NCBI GenBank assembly: GCA_951406725.2
Contig: OX597831.1
Location: forward strand, 77,004,001 to 77,068,000
DNA from: Octopus vulgaris
Taxonomy: Eukaryota
Length of the DNA stretch: 64,000 bases
Reading direction: 5' to 3'
Part shown: positions 1 to 12,978 of the stretch, piece after piece
Layout: each line of letters begins with the position of its first letter
How positions within the stretch are numbered: position 1 is the stretch's first letter
The notes under the pieces: model-generated
Database searches by the model: none
Seen by the model: only the letters and a program-made list of their open reading frames with translations
What the model was told of the DNA's origin: nothing
Position numbers and translations under genes: made by a program

Positions 1-960
1 TTTTCTGTGAGTCCCTGACCGTGTTGGCGTATGAGTGTGGTGAGGTTTCTGATTGTTTTTTGCTGTTTGTAGTTGTTAATAACCTCATAGAAAATGTTAT
101 TGTTAAGCATGGAGAACACTAGGTGTTTATAAAATTCCGTGTCCATAAGGACCACAGCACTCCCTTTGTCCGCTTCTTTGATGGTGAGGTTTTTATCCAG
201 TTGTATGTCACGTAGGTTTTCCCATTCTTCCTTGCTGAAATTGGATTTTACCTTGGTTTTGCTTGGGGTAAAGGGGAGACTCTGGATGTGTTTACAGAAA
301 TCGTCCAGTGTTTTATTTCTCCCTTTTGGTGGTAGGAAGTTGCTTTTATTTCTGATCAATGAATCGTCCCCATTGTTGATATCTGTCAAAGCTTCTGTTA
401 GGCGAAGTTTTCTGCAGAATTCAGAAACGTCATCCTTGACCTCCGGGGGTTGGGTGTTCTTGGGGTGGGTGTGAATTTCAAACCTCTTGCTAGGATGTTG
501 ATTTGGGTTGGTGTCAGTGTTTTGCTGGAGAGGTTTATAATTTTTGTTTTCTTATTTTGGGTCTGTGTTAGCGGTGGTGTTTGTATTTTTCCCCCTGTCT
601 AAAAAATGGTTGTTGAGGTAAGGGGTGTATTCTTTGTTAAAGTTCTGGTTGTATGTGTAGGAGTGTTTTTGGGTGGGGAGGTTGGAGGGGGGTAGGTAGT
701 TGTCGTATTTGTGTTGGTATGGGATGCGATGGTGTAAGGATTTGTGAGAAATGCGATGGGTTTGTGGGTGTGTGTCTGGTAGATTGTATGGGGGGATGTA
801 GGGGGGTATGTAGTTGTGGTGATTGGGTTCGTGTGGGATGTGAGGGTTTGGAGATCTGTAGGAGATGTGGTAGGAATGTGGTTGTTGGATGGGTGGACTA
901 TAAGGGGTTCGTTGGGTGGGTCTTATATGTATCGGTGTGGGTAGGATGCCTTGTTTGTTA

Positions 961-2058
961 TTAGTGTGAGGGAGGGGAGCCTTGAGGGGGGATAATTTCT
1001 AGTGTATGGGAGGTTCTTGAAGGTTCTAATCGGTGGGGGAGGGGTGTTAGAGTGATTGGAAAACCAGGTTTTGTGGTGGGTCTTGTTTGAGATGTTTCGG
1101 GGGGAAAAGGTTTTTTATATGGTTGGGGGAGGTTGTGTCCTGTTAGGAGGGGGTTTGGAGAGTATGTGTATTTGAGGTGCGGTTTGGAATGGTGTTTATG
1201 GGGTACAGTGGAAGTCTGTGTTGTGGGTACTTTTATGAATGGGTTTTTGGATTTATGGTTTAATATGAATTGTGTTTCATAGTTGAGGAAGAAATCTTTG
1301 TTGTTTTCCCAGCGTTTAAGGGAGGTTCGTTCTTCCTTTTCACATTCATCTTTCCATAGTTTAATAAAAAGTTCGAGGGGCTGTTCGTTGGTGTGTGAGG
1401 TTAGTTCTAGAAGTATCTCATCGTCTATTTTTGTGTATTTTTGTTCGTGGTTTTGTGCTCTGAGTTTTAGAAGTTCTACTTCGGTTTTCATTTTTTCCAA
1501 TGTTAGTTTTTCTCTTAGGGAGCGTTGTTTTTCAGGTTCGTCTGGGATGTGTTTGATTTGGAATTTTCGGGGTAGTATGATAGGGGAGGAGTTTAACCAT
1601 TTGTCGTAAATTTCAGCTTTGTTTTGGTTTTTGAGCATGTTCCAGAAGAGAAGTTTTCTGTTGTGTAGTTTCTTAGTCCAAGTAGTGATGATCTGGTTTT
1701 TAATGCGTTGTGCTGGGGTTGAAGTGTGTTCCTTCTGTGTGTTGAGTGGTGTCTGAGGTCTCTTTGGCGTTGAATTGGTAAGTAGAGTTTTCAGTGTAGT
1801 GTTGATTTCATTTAGGTTTACATCTATCTTATCCGAAAGTAGAGTTTTCAGTGTAGTGTTGATTTCGTTTAGGTTTACATCAATTTTATCCGAAAGTTGT
1901 TGATGATGGTTGTTTTCTGAGTTGTCCCGGGATTGATGGAGAAGTTCGTCAATTTTTTTGGAGAATGTAAGTAGATGTGTATTGAGTACTTTGAGTTCTT
2001 TTAGAATGGTCTTATTGGTGACTGTCTCTGTAAGAGTGCTCTTGTTTTTCGGAGGCAT
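961..2058 (-). CDS. N-terminal (coiled-coil-like) part of the PLE polyprotein, separated by frameshift/stop from the downstream RT region; contains an in-frame 60-bp duplication
   Basis: 365-aa ORF directly upstream of PLE RT motifs; LSDKIDVNLNEINTTLKTLL occurs twice. Confidence 0.65.
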   Translation of the reverse strand: MPPKNKSTLTETVTNKTILKELKVLNTHLLTFSKKIDELLHQSRDNSENNHHQQLSDKIDVNLNEINTTLKTLLSDKIDVNLNEINTTLKTLLTNSTPKRPQTPLNTQKEHTSTPAQRIKNQIITTWTKKLHNRKLLFWNMLKNQNKAEIYDKWLNSSPIILPRKFQIKHIPDEPEKQRSLREKLTLEKMKTEVELLKLRAQNHEQKYTKIDDEILLELTSHTNEQPLELFIKLWKDECEKEERTSLKRWENNKDFFLNYETQFILNHKSKNPFIKVPTTQTSTVPHKHHSKPHLKYTYSPNPLLTGHNLPQPYKKPFPPETSQTRPTTKPGFPITLTPLPHRLEPSRTSHTLEIIPPQGSPPSH

Positions 2059-2285
2059 TCTGAATCACACGTGTGGTAGAGGGTACAGATCAATAAATGG
2101 TGGGGTTGTGTTGACCGCACGTGGAGAAATGATAAGTATATATAAGTATATATATATATATATAGAAAATAGTAAAAAGTGAAAAAAACTACGGAAGGCT
2201 TGTTTTAAAAGGTTAAAAAATATATTTGAGTCATTACGTCAGAAGAATGTTGTAAATTTTTTTCATACAGTGACATAGTTTTTGA

Positions 2286-2322
2286 AGAAATTACCGGTTT
2301 CGTGTTAACTTTTCAAATTTCT
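2286..2322 (-). ncRNA. Degenerate minimal hammerhead motif in PLE pLTR
   Basis: AGAAAT-TTGAAAA-GT TAAC AC-GAAA-CCGG-TA-ATTTCT; core has TTGAAAA instead of CTGANGA. Confidence 0.5.
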
Positions 2323-2885
2323 CAAAACATCGTGTTATGTCTTCGTTATGAAGTGCAAAGAAGAGTTCCAGGTAGGGGGAGATAATAAGCGATTTTTTCC
2401 GGTATAAGGGAGATAATCGCTTTATATTTCTTTTCCCTTTTATTTAATGGGGTGAATTTCTCTGTATAAGAATGTTAGAGTGGTTAAGTTTGGGCTTATA
2501 TTTTTCAATGAAGAATGTTTCCTTGTTTAGTCTAATTTGTGTTGGTGCTCCAATAGCACATTGATAAAATGGAAAGATTAAAAATTGTGGTAGTAGTTGC
2601 TTTGCGCATTTCTCAATATGCTCACTAAAGAGTATCATTCTGTATTCTGGGAATGCAATCTGTTGTCGATGCAAAGTGCATCTACGTCTGAGTGATAGTC
2701 CCGTGGACCCCACGTAGTTTTGGTGGCAGCCCGAGCATCTTATGACATAAATTATGTTTTCAGAAGCACAAGTAAAATTAGATTTGATCTTGAATTTTTG
2801 TCCCTCTTTGAAGAGGAATTTTTATTTTTGCGGAGGGGTAAAAATGGTAACAAAAACAGGACAGTAAAGATCCTTGTGATGTATG

Positions 2886-3346
2886 TCTGACAACGCAGCC
2901 TTCGTGTTTGGCGTCAAAGTGTTGGTCGAGGGCCAACTTAGCCGCCAACACGTCAGTTGCGATGCCTGTCTCAAGAGCCGCGTCTAGTTTTCTAACTAAA
3001 TCCCGCTCGGTTTTCCTACGTTCTACAGCTAGAGCCTTACTAAACCTAATCGACTCTGCTCTAATTGCTCTCTTGAGGGAAAGCCACCAGTTGTTGTTGA
3101 TGATTGCCCCCGTGAGCGCCCGTTTAACTAATAAACTAATCCGGTCTCTGTAGGCTTCGCACGCCGTTAACGACGCGTTCAGCTTCCAGTAGCCGGGACC
3201 CTGTCTATGTAGCCTATCTAAGTCGACCGTACAGATCACGAATTTGTGGTCCGTGTAGTCGAATAGGTGGAAATGTGGACACCCTATGCTGTCCTTATCC
3301 GCTGGCCTTACAGAACACTCTATCTAAGTACGACCTAGACGACCCG
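2886..3346 (-). mobile_element. L1/Tx1-clade LINE fragment, C-terminal half of the APE endonuclease and linker
   Basis: SRSYLDRVF, YTDHKFV, GPGYWKLNASL motifs. Confidence 0.75.
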
Positions 3347-3384
3347 CTGTAAGGAGAGACACAAATAAGAAAGAAGAAAACAAA

Positions 3385-3428
3385 GGACCCTGATGGAGTC
3401 ACAGGGGTGTGACGAAAGAACTCTGGCC
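3385..3428 (+). ncRNA. Degenerate hammerhead motif in a dispersed repeat (related copy near 35660-35700, minus strand)
   Basis: CTGATGG-A-GTCAC AGGGGT GTGAC-GAAA-GAACTC. Confidence 0.4.
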
Positions 3429-3604
3429 GAAATAAGATTAAGATTAAGATTAAAAAATAAATAACACTGAAGCAAAGTAACACCAAATATATAGTGCGTG
3501 TGTTTTTATTGGCTAAACTGGCAAAATTACCATTTCGAAATATAACAATATCTGTTTCAACACACGACTTCACATAAAAAATCTTGCACAACAAATATAT
3601 AAAC

Positions 3605-3639
<35 letters not shown>

Positions 3640-3685
3640 TGGTGGAGTAAATAGATCAAAATAAAAACATGATGCCAAGGATTCA

Positions 3686-3763
3686 GCGGTACATATGTTT
3701 CGGGACTTTATTAGACAGATTTATAACAATGCATAATGTATGTCTGTGGCCTTCTTCAGCCGC
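3686..3763 (-). ncRNA. Minimal type I hammerhead ribozyme, intact core
   Basis: GCGG-CTGAAGA-long stem II-GAAA-CATATG-TA-CCGC. Confidence 0.75.
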
Positions 3764-5760
3764 GCACAACAACTTCCACAAGGACATGTGTTACATCAAA
3801 AATTCTTGGTTGGGGATGCAAATCCTCTCATTCGCGTACGACATAATGCGGCAACAGCATAGAATTGAAGCGTCCATCTCTTTCTTCTCTCAATGTAGAA
3901 TGAGGAAATTTGGATGTTGAAGTAATGTAAATAAATTAATAAATAAATACATATATAGACGTGAAGGAACCTGGTAATAAGAGTAAATAGGGGTAAAGAT
4001 GGAGGGGCGAGAATTCAGGACGAAGGATAAAAAATATATAAAAAGTGTAAGTATATAAAAATATAAAAATGTAGAGTATAAAGATATAAAGAGATATAAG
4101 GAGATATAAAGGGGATATAAAGAATATAAAAAAATATAAATGAATATAAAGGTATAAAGTTATAAAGTAAAAATAGAAATAGAAATAAAGTTAAAAATAT
4201 AATATAGGAATAAAAATGATAAAAAATGATAAAAAATGTAAAAAAATATAAGGATAAGGGATGTATAGTGGTTACGGACCAAACATGGTGGTCAGGAAAA
4301 TGACAAAATTTAGTTGTAGAAGTTTTGGGTGTCAATAAATCAACAGGGGCGTCTGGGGACCTAGTGTATTGTAAATCAGAGCTGTTGAGCAGCTAATCTA
4401 GTTCCTTGAATTAAGTGGTCATCTTGTACATACATACCAGCATGGATACATACACCCATATACACGCGCACATATACGCGCGCATACACAGCTCCAAGCA
4501 TATAAGCATACATACGTACTCACGTGTAAACATGTACAGAAACACATATACACCCACACATATGCGCATACATACATACATACAACAGAATATGCGTATA
4601 TATACACGGACATTATACGTGTACATATATATATATATATATATATACATATATACACACACACGCACATTCACATATACATATACACATACACACATGC
4701 ATACATATATACACATGTATACCCATACACACATACATATACACACACCCATATATACATACGTACGTCCATCCTTACATACACATACACAGATGCCCAC
4801 ACATACAGGTTTAGATATAAGATATTAAAAGATGTATATAAGAACGCATGTAAAGAATCACGCACTCACGTCCACACGTGCACGCACACACGGCTGTGTG
4901 TCCATATGTGCGTGTACATATACACTTACATACACACACACAGACATACGCGCGTATAGGTATAGCTGTAAGATATTAAAAGATGTATACAAATATGTGT
5001 AAACATATGCATATAAGAAATCTGCGAAAACATGTAAAAAAAATGTAAAAAAAATGTAAGAAATTTAAAAAAATTATTAAAGAAGATTATTAAAGAAGAG
5101 TAACGGGGTATGCACATCCAGGCGTAGATGTTTACTCGTACATATGTACACATATGTATACGTATACATACGTGCACATGTACACATATGTACGTATGTA
5201 TATGTACGTATGTACATATGTACATATGTACGTGTACGTATACATATGTACGAGTAAACATCTACGCCTGGATGTGCATACCCCGTTACTCTTCTTTAAA
5301 AATTTTCTTTAATAATCTTCTTTAATCATTTTTTAAAATTTCTTACATTTTTTTTACATTTTTTTAACATTTTTTTTACATGTTTTCGCAGATTTCTTAT
5401 ATGCATATGTTTACACATATTTGTATACATCTTTTAATATCTTACAGCTATACCTATACGCGCGTATGTCTGTGTGTGTGTATGTAAGTGTATATGTACA
5501 CGCACATATGGACACACAGCCGTGTGTGCGTGCACGTGTGGACGTGAGTGCGTGATTCTTTACATGCGTTCTTATATACATCTTTTAATATCTTATATCT
5601 AAACCTGTATGTGTGGGCATCTGTGTATGTGTATGTAAGGATGGACGTACGTAGTATATATGGGTGTGTGTATATGCGTATGTGTGTATGGGTATACATG
5701 TGTATATATGTATGCATGTGTGTATGTGTATATGTATATGTGAATGTGCGTGTGTGTGTA

Positions 5761-5815
<55 letters not shown>

Positions 5816-6670
5816 GTATAATGTCCGTGTATATATACGCATATTCTGTTGTATGTATGTATGTATGCGCATGTGTGTGGGTGTATATGTGTTTCTGTAC
5901 ATGTTTACACGTGAGTACGTATGTATGCTTATATGCTTGGAGCTGTGTATGCGCGCGTATATGTGCTCGTGTATATGGGTGTATGTATCCATGCTGGTAT
6001 GTATGTACAAGATGACCACTTAATTCAAAGAACTAGATTAGCTGCTCAACAGCTCTGATTTACAATACACTAGGTGCCCAGACGCCCCTGTTGATTTATT
6101 GACACCCAAAACTTCTACAACTAAATTTTGTCATTTTCCTGACCACCATGTTTGGTCCGTAACCACTATACATCCCTTATCCTTATATTTTTTTACATTT
6201 TTTATCATTTTTTATCATTTTTATTCCTATTTTATTTTTTTAATTTTATTTCTATTTCTATTTTTACTTTATAACTTTATACCTTTATATTCATTTATAT
6301 TTTTTTATATTCTTTATATCCCCTTTATATCTCCTTATATCTCTTTATATCTTTATACTCTACATTTTTATATTTTTATATACTTACACTTTTTATATAT
6401 TTTTTATCCTTCGTCCTGAATTCTCGCCCCTCCATCTTTACCCCTATTTACTCTTATTACCAGGTTCCTTCACGTCTATATATGTATTTATTTATTAATT
6501 TATTTACATTACTTCAACATCCAAATTTCCTCATTCTACATTGAGAGAAGAAAGAGATGGACGCTTCAATTCTATGCTGTTGCCGCATTATGTCGTACGC
6601 GAATGAGAGGATTTGCATCCCCAACCAAGAATTTTTGATGTAACACATGTCCTTGTGGAAGTTGTTGTGC

Positions 6671-6748
6671 GCGGCTGAAGAAGGCCACAGACATACATTA
6701 TGCATTGTTATAGATCTGTCTAATAAAGTCCCGAAACATATGTACCGC
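6671..6748 (+). ncRNA. Minimal type I hammerhead ribozyme, intact core; predicted cleavage after GTA at 6744
   Basis: GCGG(6671)-CTGAAGA-stem II-GAAA(6733)-CATATG-TA-CCGC. Confidence 0.75.
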
Positions 6749-6850
6749 TGAATCCTTGGCATCATGTTTTTATTTTGATCAATTTACTCCACCACCTACA
6801 CCACCAAACGGTATACACAGGTGCTTATAATTATCAAGTACTCACCCCGA

Positions 6851-6910
<60 letters not shown>

Positions 6911-6949
6911 GAAAATATGAATTCATTGACAAAAGAAACTGCTGTCAGG

Positions 6950-7352
6950 GTGACGGCCGGGAGCGGGCAGTGGTGGTACTGCGGTGTTGTTTGGATTTGA
7001 AAATAAGGACAAGCTTCCTGGATCCAGAAGGTAAGTTGGTGGTCCTCGACGTAGACGGCAGTGATGGCGGTGCTTTCAGACTGCCGGCTGCCTACGATCC
7101 GACAGGAGCAGGGCAGTCCGATTATTTCAAGCGTCTGGAAGTTTTCTTAGGAACGTCACGCACTCTAGTGCTAGTTGGGGATTGGAACGCTGTCTTAGAC
7201 GAACGTTTCGATCGGGTGGGCACGGGAGCTCCTGATGGGAGAGGGGGGTGCAAGAACCTCGCCAACCTGCTCAGGCGCTTTCAGCTGTCTGACAGGTTTC
7301 CACTAGACAACCCGAATGTGCCAATGTGGACTTGGACTAATCGCATCGGGTC
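6950..7352 (+). mobile_element. L1/Tx1-clade LINE fragment, N-terminal/middle part of the APE endonuclease
   Basis: DPEGKLVVLDV, LVLVGDWNAVLD, WTWTN motifs. Confidence 0.75.
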
Positions 7353-7762
7353 TCGCCTTTACCTTCGGAACGCGGAGTAGATGAAACAGAGGCGACTGAA
7401 GAAGGGCAATTTTCCTTGTTTTGTATGTCCTGTACTCTATTTTTTCGTTGTTTAAGAAAAATGTCCATTTCCTTGGTTATGTGTTTATGTTTTCGTTTCT
7501 CATTGTGTTCGACGTTATTTTGGTGTCCTGTACCCATATATGCATGTATATATTCATGTAGAGGTAGGTACGTACATATATGTATGTATATATGCATATG
7601 TTTTATTTATTAATTTGTTATTATATCACGGAACGCACGCATCCATTTCTAAGTAAGTTTGTTCCAGATATAACATAGTTGGCCCGGGAAATGTAAAAGA
7701 TTTCAATACAAGGTCAGAGGTGGGCTTAACTTCAACACGGAAAACACGGGCAACGCCGGGTC

Positions 7763-7843
<81 letters not shown>

Positions 7844-7849
7844 CACCAG

Positions 7850-8877
7850 TTCTCAGCGGAGACCCCACCACAGGAATCTGTACTGGGGCCACTATTATTA
7901 TTGAGGGTTCTCTCAGATATACCCTCCACGGTACAGTCAGCCAATCTGACCAGTTAGGCTGACAAAAGTATCGCAGGCAGTTAGGAACCCGAAGGACACC
8001 ATAAAACTGCAGAAAGACCTGAATGAAATATACAAATGAGCTAATGAAAATAACATGCAGTTTAAGGCTATGAAATTTCAGGAATTCCACTATAGGCCCA
8101 ACACCAGTCTAAGATCGGAATACACTGGGCTAGAAGGTAGTACGATCCCAGAGTCAGAGTGAGTGCGTGACCTGGGGAATCACATGAGCAATGATGCAAC
8201 ATTCCATGTGCATATTACAAAGATGGCAACTCTGTGCAGGTAAGTGGTTGGATGGATTTGAGGATATTCAGAACCAGGAAACAGGATGGGTGGGGGCCAT
8301 GCTACCCTTATTGAGGACTACTACTATGAACTCCAGAGAGTGTGAAACAAACTGTGGAACACGAAGCAATCCAGTGCCAATACACGAAGAAGATTGACTC
8401 GATGTAAAAGATGGACTACTGGGAGAGACTAAAGGAGCTGAGTCTCTATTCCCTGGAGAGAAGACGAGAGAGATATGCGGTGATATATATTTAGATGAGC
8501 TTGTAGGGTTTAGCGCCCCATTTTGGAATTGACAGCTATACAAATCCCCGAACTGGACGGCACTGCATCATACCACAGATCCCGTCACCCCCACCTAAAA
8601 TAAGTAAACTGTACTGCAATAGTCTGGGTTTCAAAGGCCCGCAATTGTTTAACATCCTGCCAGGCAACCTTGAGATCTACATGGTGTTGATGTGGAAGTT
8701 TTCAAGGAACGTCTGGACAGGTTTCTATCTGAGATAACAGACGAATCCACATCGCGGCAGGAGACGCAAAGAAGAGGAGCTCCGTCCAACTTGCTACTTC
8801 ACCCAAAACAATACCGGAAACAATATAGGTGGTGCACCAGCATGACCTCACCCCTGGGCTGAAACCAGACCGTCCCG

Positions 8878-8880
<3 letters not shown>
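7850..8880 (+). mobile_element. Degenerate CR1/L2-type LINE 3' fragment (RT end)
   Basis: Frameshifted GxPQGSVLGPLL-like, RDLG-like and SLERRRER-like motifs. Confidence 0.6.
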
Positions 8881-8929
<49 letters not shown>

Positions 8930-11002
8930 GCATGTATGTATGTATGTATGAATGTATGTATACATGTATGTACGCATGCATGTATGTACGTATGTGTGTA
9001 TGTACGTATGTGTGTATATATATATACATATATACATACATATATATATATACATACATACATATATACATATACACACACACACACACACTTATATATA
9101 TATAAATTGAAGAGATAATTACAATCCGGGCTATCATCCTACGTCAGGACATCAGGACCTGGTTAGCGCAGTAATGATTTCATTGAATAAAAACCAGTTA
9201 ACCCCCAGTTGAATAGAAAGAGGAAGATTTCGCAGGCCTAAGTTATAATCAGACGGGCGTAATATCTGCTTCACGGAGTGAATAATGATGATATTTCAAA
9301 CTGAGGAAAAGAGACATTAATAACGATGGTGGTAGCGGGGTTATTTCTTGCAGATTAAATAGTTACAAAGTGCTCTGCATTCGCTCCTGTCTGCCTATAT
9401 GTGAGTAAATGCATCGTCAGACCGAATGAAAGTGAAATCCGATAAGAGCATTCATAGCCCAGACGGCAGAGTTAATAAGGCTAATAGATTAATTCCAACA
9501 CGAAACAGGAACATAGACACAAGACCTCGTGATTTAAGAATTGCAAGCAGACGATTATATCGGCTCCACTATTTGACTGGGACTTTAATTTGTCGAACAT
9601 AGAAATGATGAAAAATAAAGCTGCAGCTGGCGGGATATAAACAGTAACTGCTCTATAACGTAAGGGGGATCAGCCATCTGAATGTGGCTAGGGACAGGGC
9701 GGGGTGGTGGGGGTGTTACTGATGCTTTTAGCCCCAGGCGATCATCGACGTCACCAGAAGGACCGACACCATATCGGTGTCCTTGTTAGCCTGTAAAGGG
9801 AGATCATCCTCCCTCGAAGATACGAATACTACATTGCCTCTTATCAACGAGGAACGGTGCTTACCATACGTTGATAAGAGGCAATGACCTCGAAACCGGT
9901 CCGTATGTAGCATCCGTATGTAGTATACTGCAGAGAATTTCTCTCCTACAGAGTAACATTCTTACTAATACACTGTTTTTGTTGATCGTAAATACATTGG
10001 GTACGAAACGTTTAGGCATCTCGTCCTTTCGGTCATTCTGATTCGACGCTGACTTATTTGACCTCAAACGTTGTAAAGATTTACTCGTTCTCACCCTCTT
10101 CCCCATCTCTCTCTCTCTTTCTGTTTATGTGTGTGAGTATATTTCTCCTTGTGTGAAGAATTCCGACCCCACTCCCAAGTGAATAAAGGTGGACTGACTC
10201 ATTGTTATAAAATAAAGCTCTGTGAACGATTGGCAGTTTGAGATGGCAAGCAGTTCACTGTGAGCTGTTGACTGAGAGCGCCGAGTTTCGTATATCAGTG
10301 TTCGTATTGCGTCGTGCAAATGCTTTCTTCCGCCAACCTGCTTCGTTAAATTATATATCCAAAACTAGGATATAAATTTATATGTGAAGAGGAAAACGGT
10401 TTCAGTGGATTTCACCCTCATTCAGTCCAATAATACCTTCGACCGTAAGCCTGTCACCTGAGGCCAACACAATCATACGTACGCCTACAGATGTCAATGA
10501 AGACATCTTTCTAATCATTTAACCAGTTTGACCAAACAGTCACTAACCTTTAAACCCCCTCTACTATCACTTTCAAAATAAGCATGACATGCAAAAATGA
10601 GTATGACATGTTAATAAATTATAGTCTCTCTTTCACTTTCTCAACCTCTCTACCTCTACAAACACATGTACACGCATGAGTATCTCTCTACGTGTCTGAA
10701 CGCGCGTATCAGCGTCAGTGTGTGTGTACTTTCTTCTAGTACAGTCACAAAAGTATAGGCGCCAAAACAGGTTCATTGCCCAGTGAGTAATGTCAGATCG
10801 CCAGCATCCAAACAGCAACTCTCAGTCATCTCATTTCGAAATGTATCATGGCTGAAAAGTAAAAATAAATCAACAAGCGGGATGGTCACGGTTGAACGTT
10901 TCATCATAGCTTTGATCGATTAGAAACGACCAAAAGTTAAACGATCGCAACCAAGACATACAATCACATGAAATGCTGGTCGGAGACCAAGAGTTACAGT
11001 CA

Positions 11003-11337
11003 TCCATATTTATCTTTGAGGACTCCATTGGTTAATAAACTGCTTTTCACAACCCCGTTGGTCATTATTCATCTCTGACGATCCCATTGATCATTATTTA
11101 ATTTTCATTACCTCGTCATTTAATATTTATATTTTGAATATCCAGCTGATCAATATTTACCTTTGACTACCCCCACTGGCTAATATTTACTTTTTGACAG
11201 CACCGTTGGTCAATATCTGTCACTGAAGATCATGCTGATCGATACTGTGACCAGCAATAGTTAACTTTAGCTGCCCATTTTACTTATGAATGCTCTGTTG
11301 GTCGATATTTACCTTTGACTACCCCGTCGGTCAATAA
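11003..11337. repeat. Degenerate 29-30 bp minisatellite (~10 units)
   Basis: Consensus approximately CAATATTTACCTTTGACTACCCCGTTGGT. Confidence 0.7.
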
Positions 11338-11657
11338 TTTGAAACGTTACAGAGCAATGACGGAAGGTGATGATGACAGTCACCGCACTCTCTCCACAAT
11401 TCAGCACACGTTTTTAGACATGCGTCTCTGAAGATACAGCATGTTCTTGATTATTTAATGATCATATTTGAACAACATAGTGTGGGAGTTTGAAATGACG
11501 CAGGAAACAGGATTTGCATCTGTTGTATATCAATTGACGCATTTTGCCTGAATAAAAGTTGACAGGAAACACAGATAACATCGTAAACAGAGGACGTCGA
11601 ATGATGTCGTGAACTGATGGGTGCACGTGTGTATTTGTGTGTGTGTATTTATGGCCA

Positions 11658-11700
<43 letters not shown>

Positions 11701-11787
11701 CTAGATAGATAGATATATACACATATACATATATCAGTATATACACACACATATCTAAACATATACGTGCATGTATACATATATATA

Positions 11788-11823
<36 letters not shown>

Positions 11824-11939
11824 TATACATACACATACATATAAATGAATTATATATGATATAAATAAATACATGCTAACAGCAATATGTACGTATGTAT
11901 GTTTGTATATACACGCACGCACACACACATGCGTGTATG

Positions 11940-11974
<35 letters not shown>

Positions 11975-11985
11975 GCACACACATT

Positions 11986-12079
<94 letters not shown>

Positions 12080-12321
12080 TGTGTTAATGCACGAAATTCA
12101 GTAATTTTTGCCGATTCTTGAAAATGGTTTCAAATTCTAGGCGAAGGTCAGCGATTTTAGGGATTGGATAGTTCGATTACATTGACCTCCAAAGGATGAA
12201 AGGAAAGCCGACCTTGATGGTATTCATCTCACAACGTAATGCCGGAAGAATTGCCGCTAAGTACTTTTTTCCGGTGACGTGACGATTCTGCCAGCTCGCA
12301 TACTTTGTCCATTAAGATATA

Positions 12322-12419
<98 letters not shown>

Positions 12420-12422
12420 TAT

Positions 12423-12517
<95 letters not shown>

Positions 12518-12805
12518 AGGCGCAATGGCTCAGTGGTTAGGGCAGCGGACTCGCGGTCGTAGGATCGCGGTTTCGATTCTCAGACCGGGCGTTGTGTGTG
12601 TTTATTGAGCGAAAACACCTAAAAGCTCCACGAGGCTCCGGCAGGGGGTGGTGATCCCTGCTGTACTCCTTCACCACTCTTTCTCTCACTATTTCGTCTG
12701 TTGGCCTGCTCGCTTAACCAGCGGGGTGGCGTCGTTCGAAGGCCAAAACAATGCGAAGCGCATTGTGCCCAGCGATGTGTAGCAACATCTGATGGTCTGG
12801 TCGGT

Positions 12806-12813
<8 letters not shown>
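12518..12813 (+). mobile_element. tRNA-derived SINE (group A)
   Basis: A box TGGCTCAGTGG and B-box-like GTTTCGATTC; near-identical to 30529-30830. Confidence 0.8.
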
Positions 12814-12847
<34 letters not shown>

Positions 12848-12940
12848 CTGTTTCCTAAACCTATATATATATTTGTGTGCGCGTGTGTGTATTTTTTATG
12901 TATGTATATATGCATATATCTATCTATCTGTCTGTCTCTG

Positions 12941-12978
<38 letters not shown>

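Larger units (their letters stand above)
1..2830 (-). mobile_element. Penelope-like retroelement: upstream partial pseudo-LTR (GIY-YIG end plus 3' UTR) followed by the main ORF running off the window edge
   Basis: Minus-strand 2830-2444 reads FTCASENIIYVIRCSGCHQNYVGSTG..LHRQQI..RLNKETFFIEKYKPKLN (GIY-YIG). Minus-strand ~545-1 reads KIINLSSKTLTPTQINILARGLKFTPTP then IKEADKGSAVVLMDTEFY, typical of the PLE RT N-terminus. Tandem pLTR layout is typical of PLEs. Confidence 0.85.
3636..6798. repeat. ~3.16-kb inverted repeat (arms ~1.5 kb, central self-complementary purine-pyrimidine tract ~5149-5240)
   Basis: Arms are reverse complements with scattered substitutions; mirrored ORFs 3669..3920(+)/6514..6765(-) and 4015..4335(-)/6099..6419(+). 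Confidence 0.97.

Noticed and set aside
3669-3920. 83-aa ORF duplicated at 6514-6765
   Set aside because: Mirror product of the palindrome, antisense to the HHR; no recognisable motif
4411-6023. Many YIYI/VCVC/HTHT ORFs here and throughout the window
   Set aside because: Translations of TA/CA microsatellites; no domain signal
9714-10330. Possible solo LTR (TG start, AATAAA)
   Set aside because: No second copy, PBS/PPT or clear TSD in the window
11003-11337. CRISPR-like periodicity
   Set aside because: No repeat-spacer alternation, no cas genes, eukaryotic context
12518-12590. tRNA-like cloverleaf (also at 30529 and 46166)
   Set aside because: SINE head continuing into a repeat body; not a canonical tRNA gene
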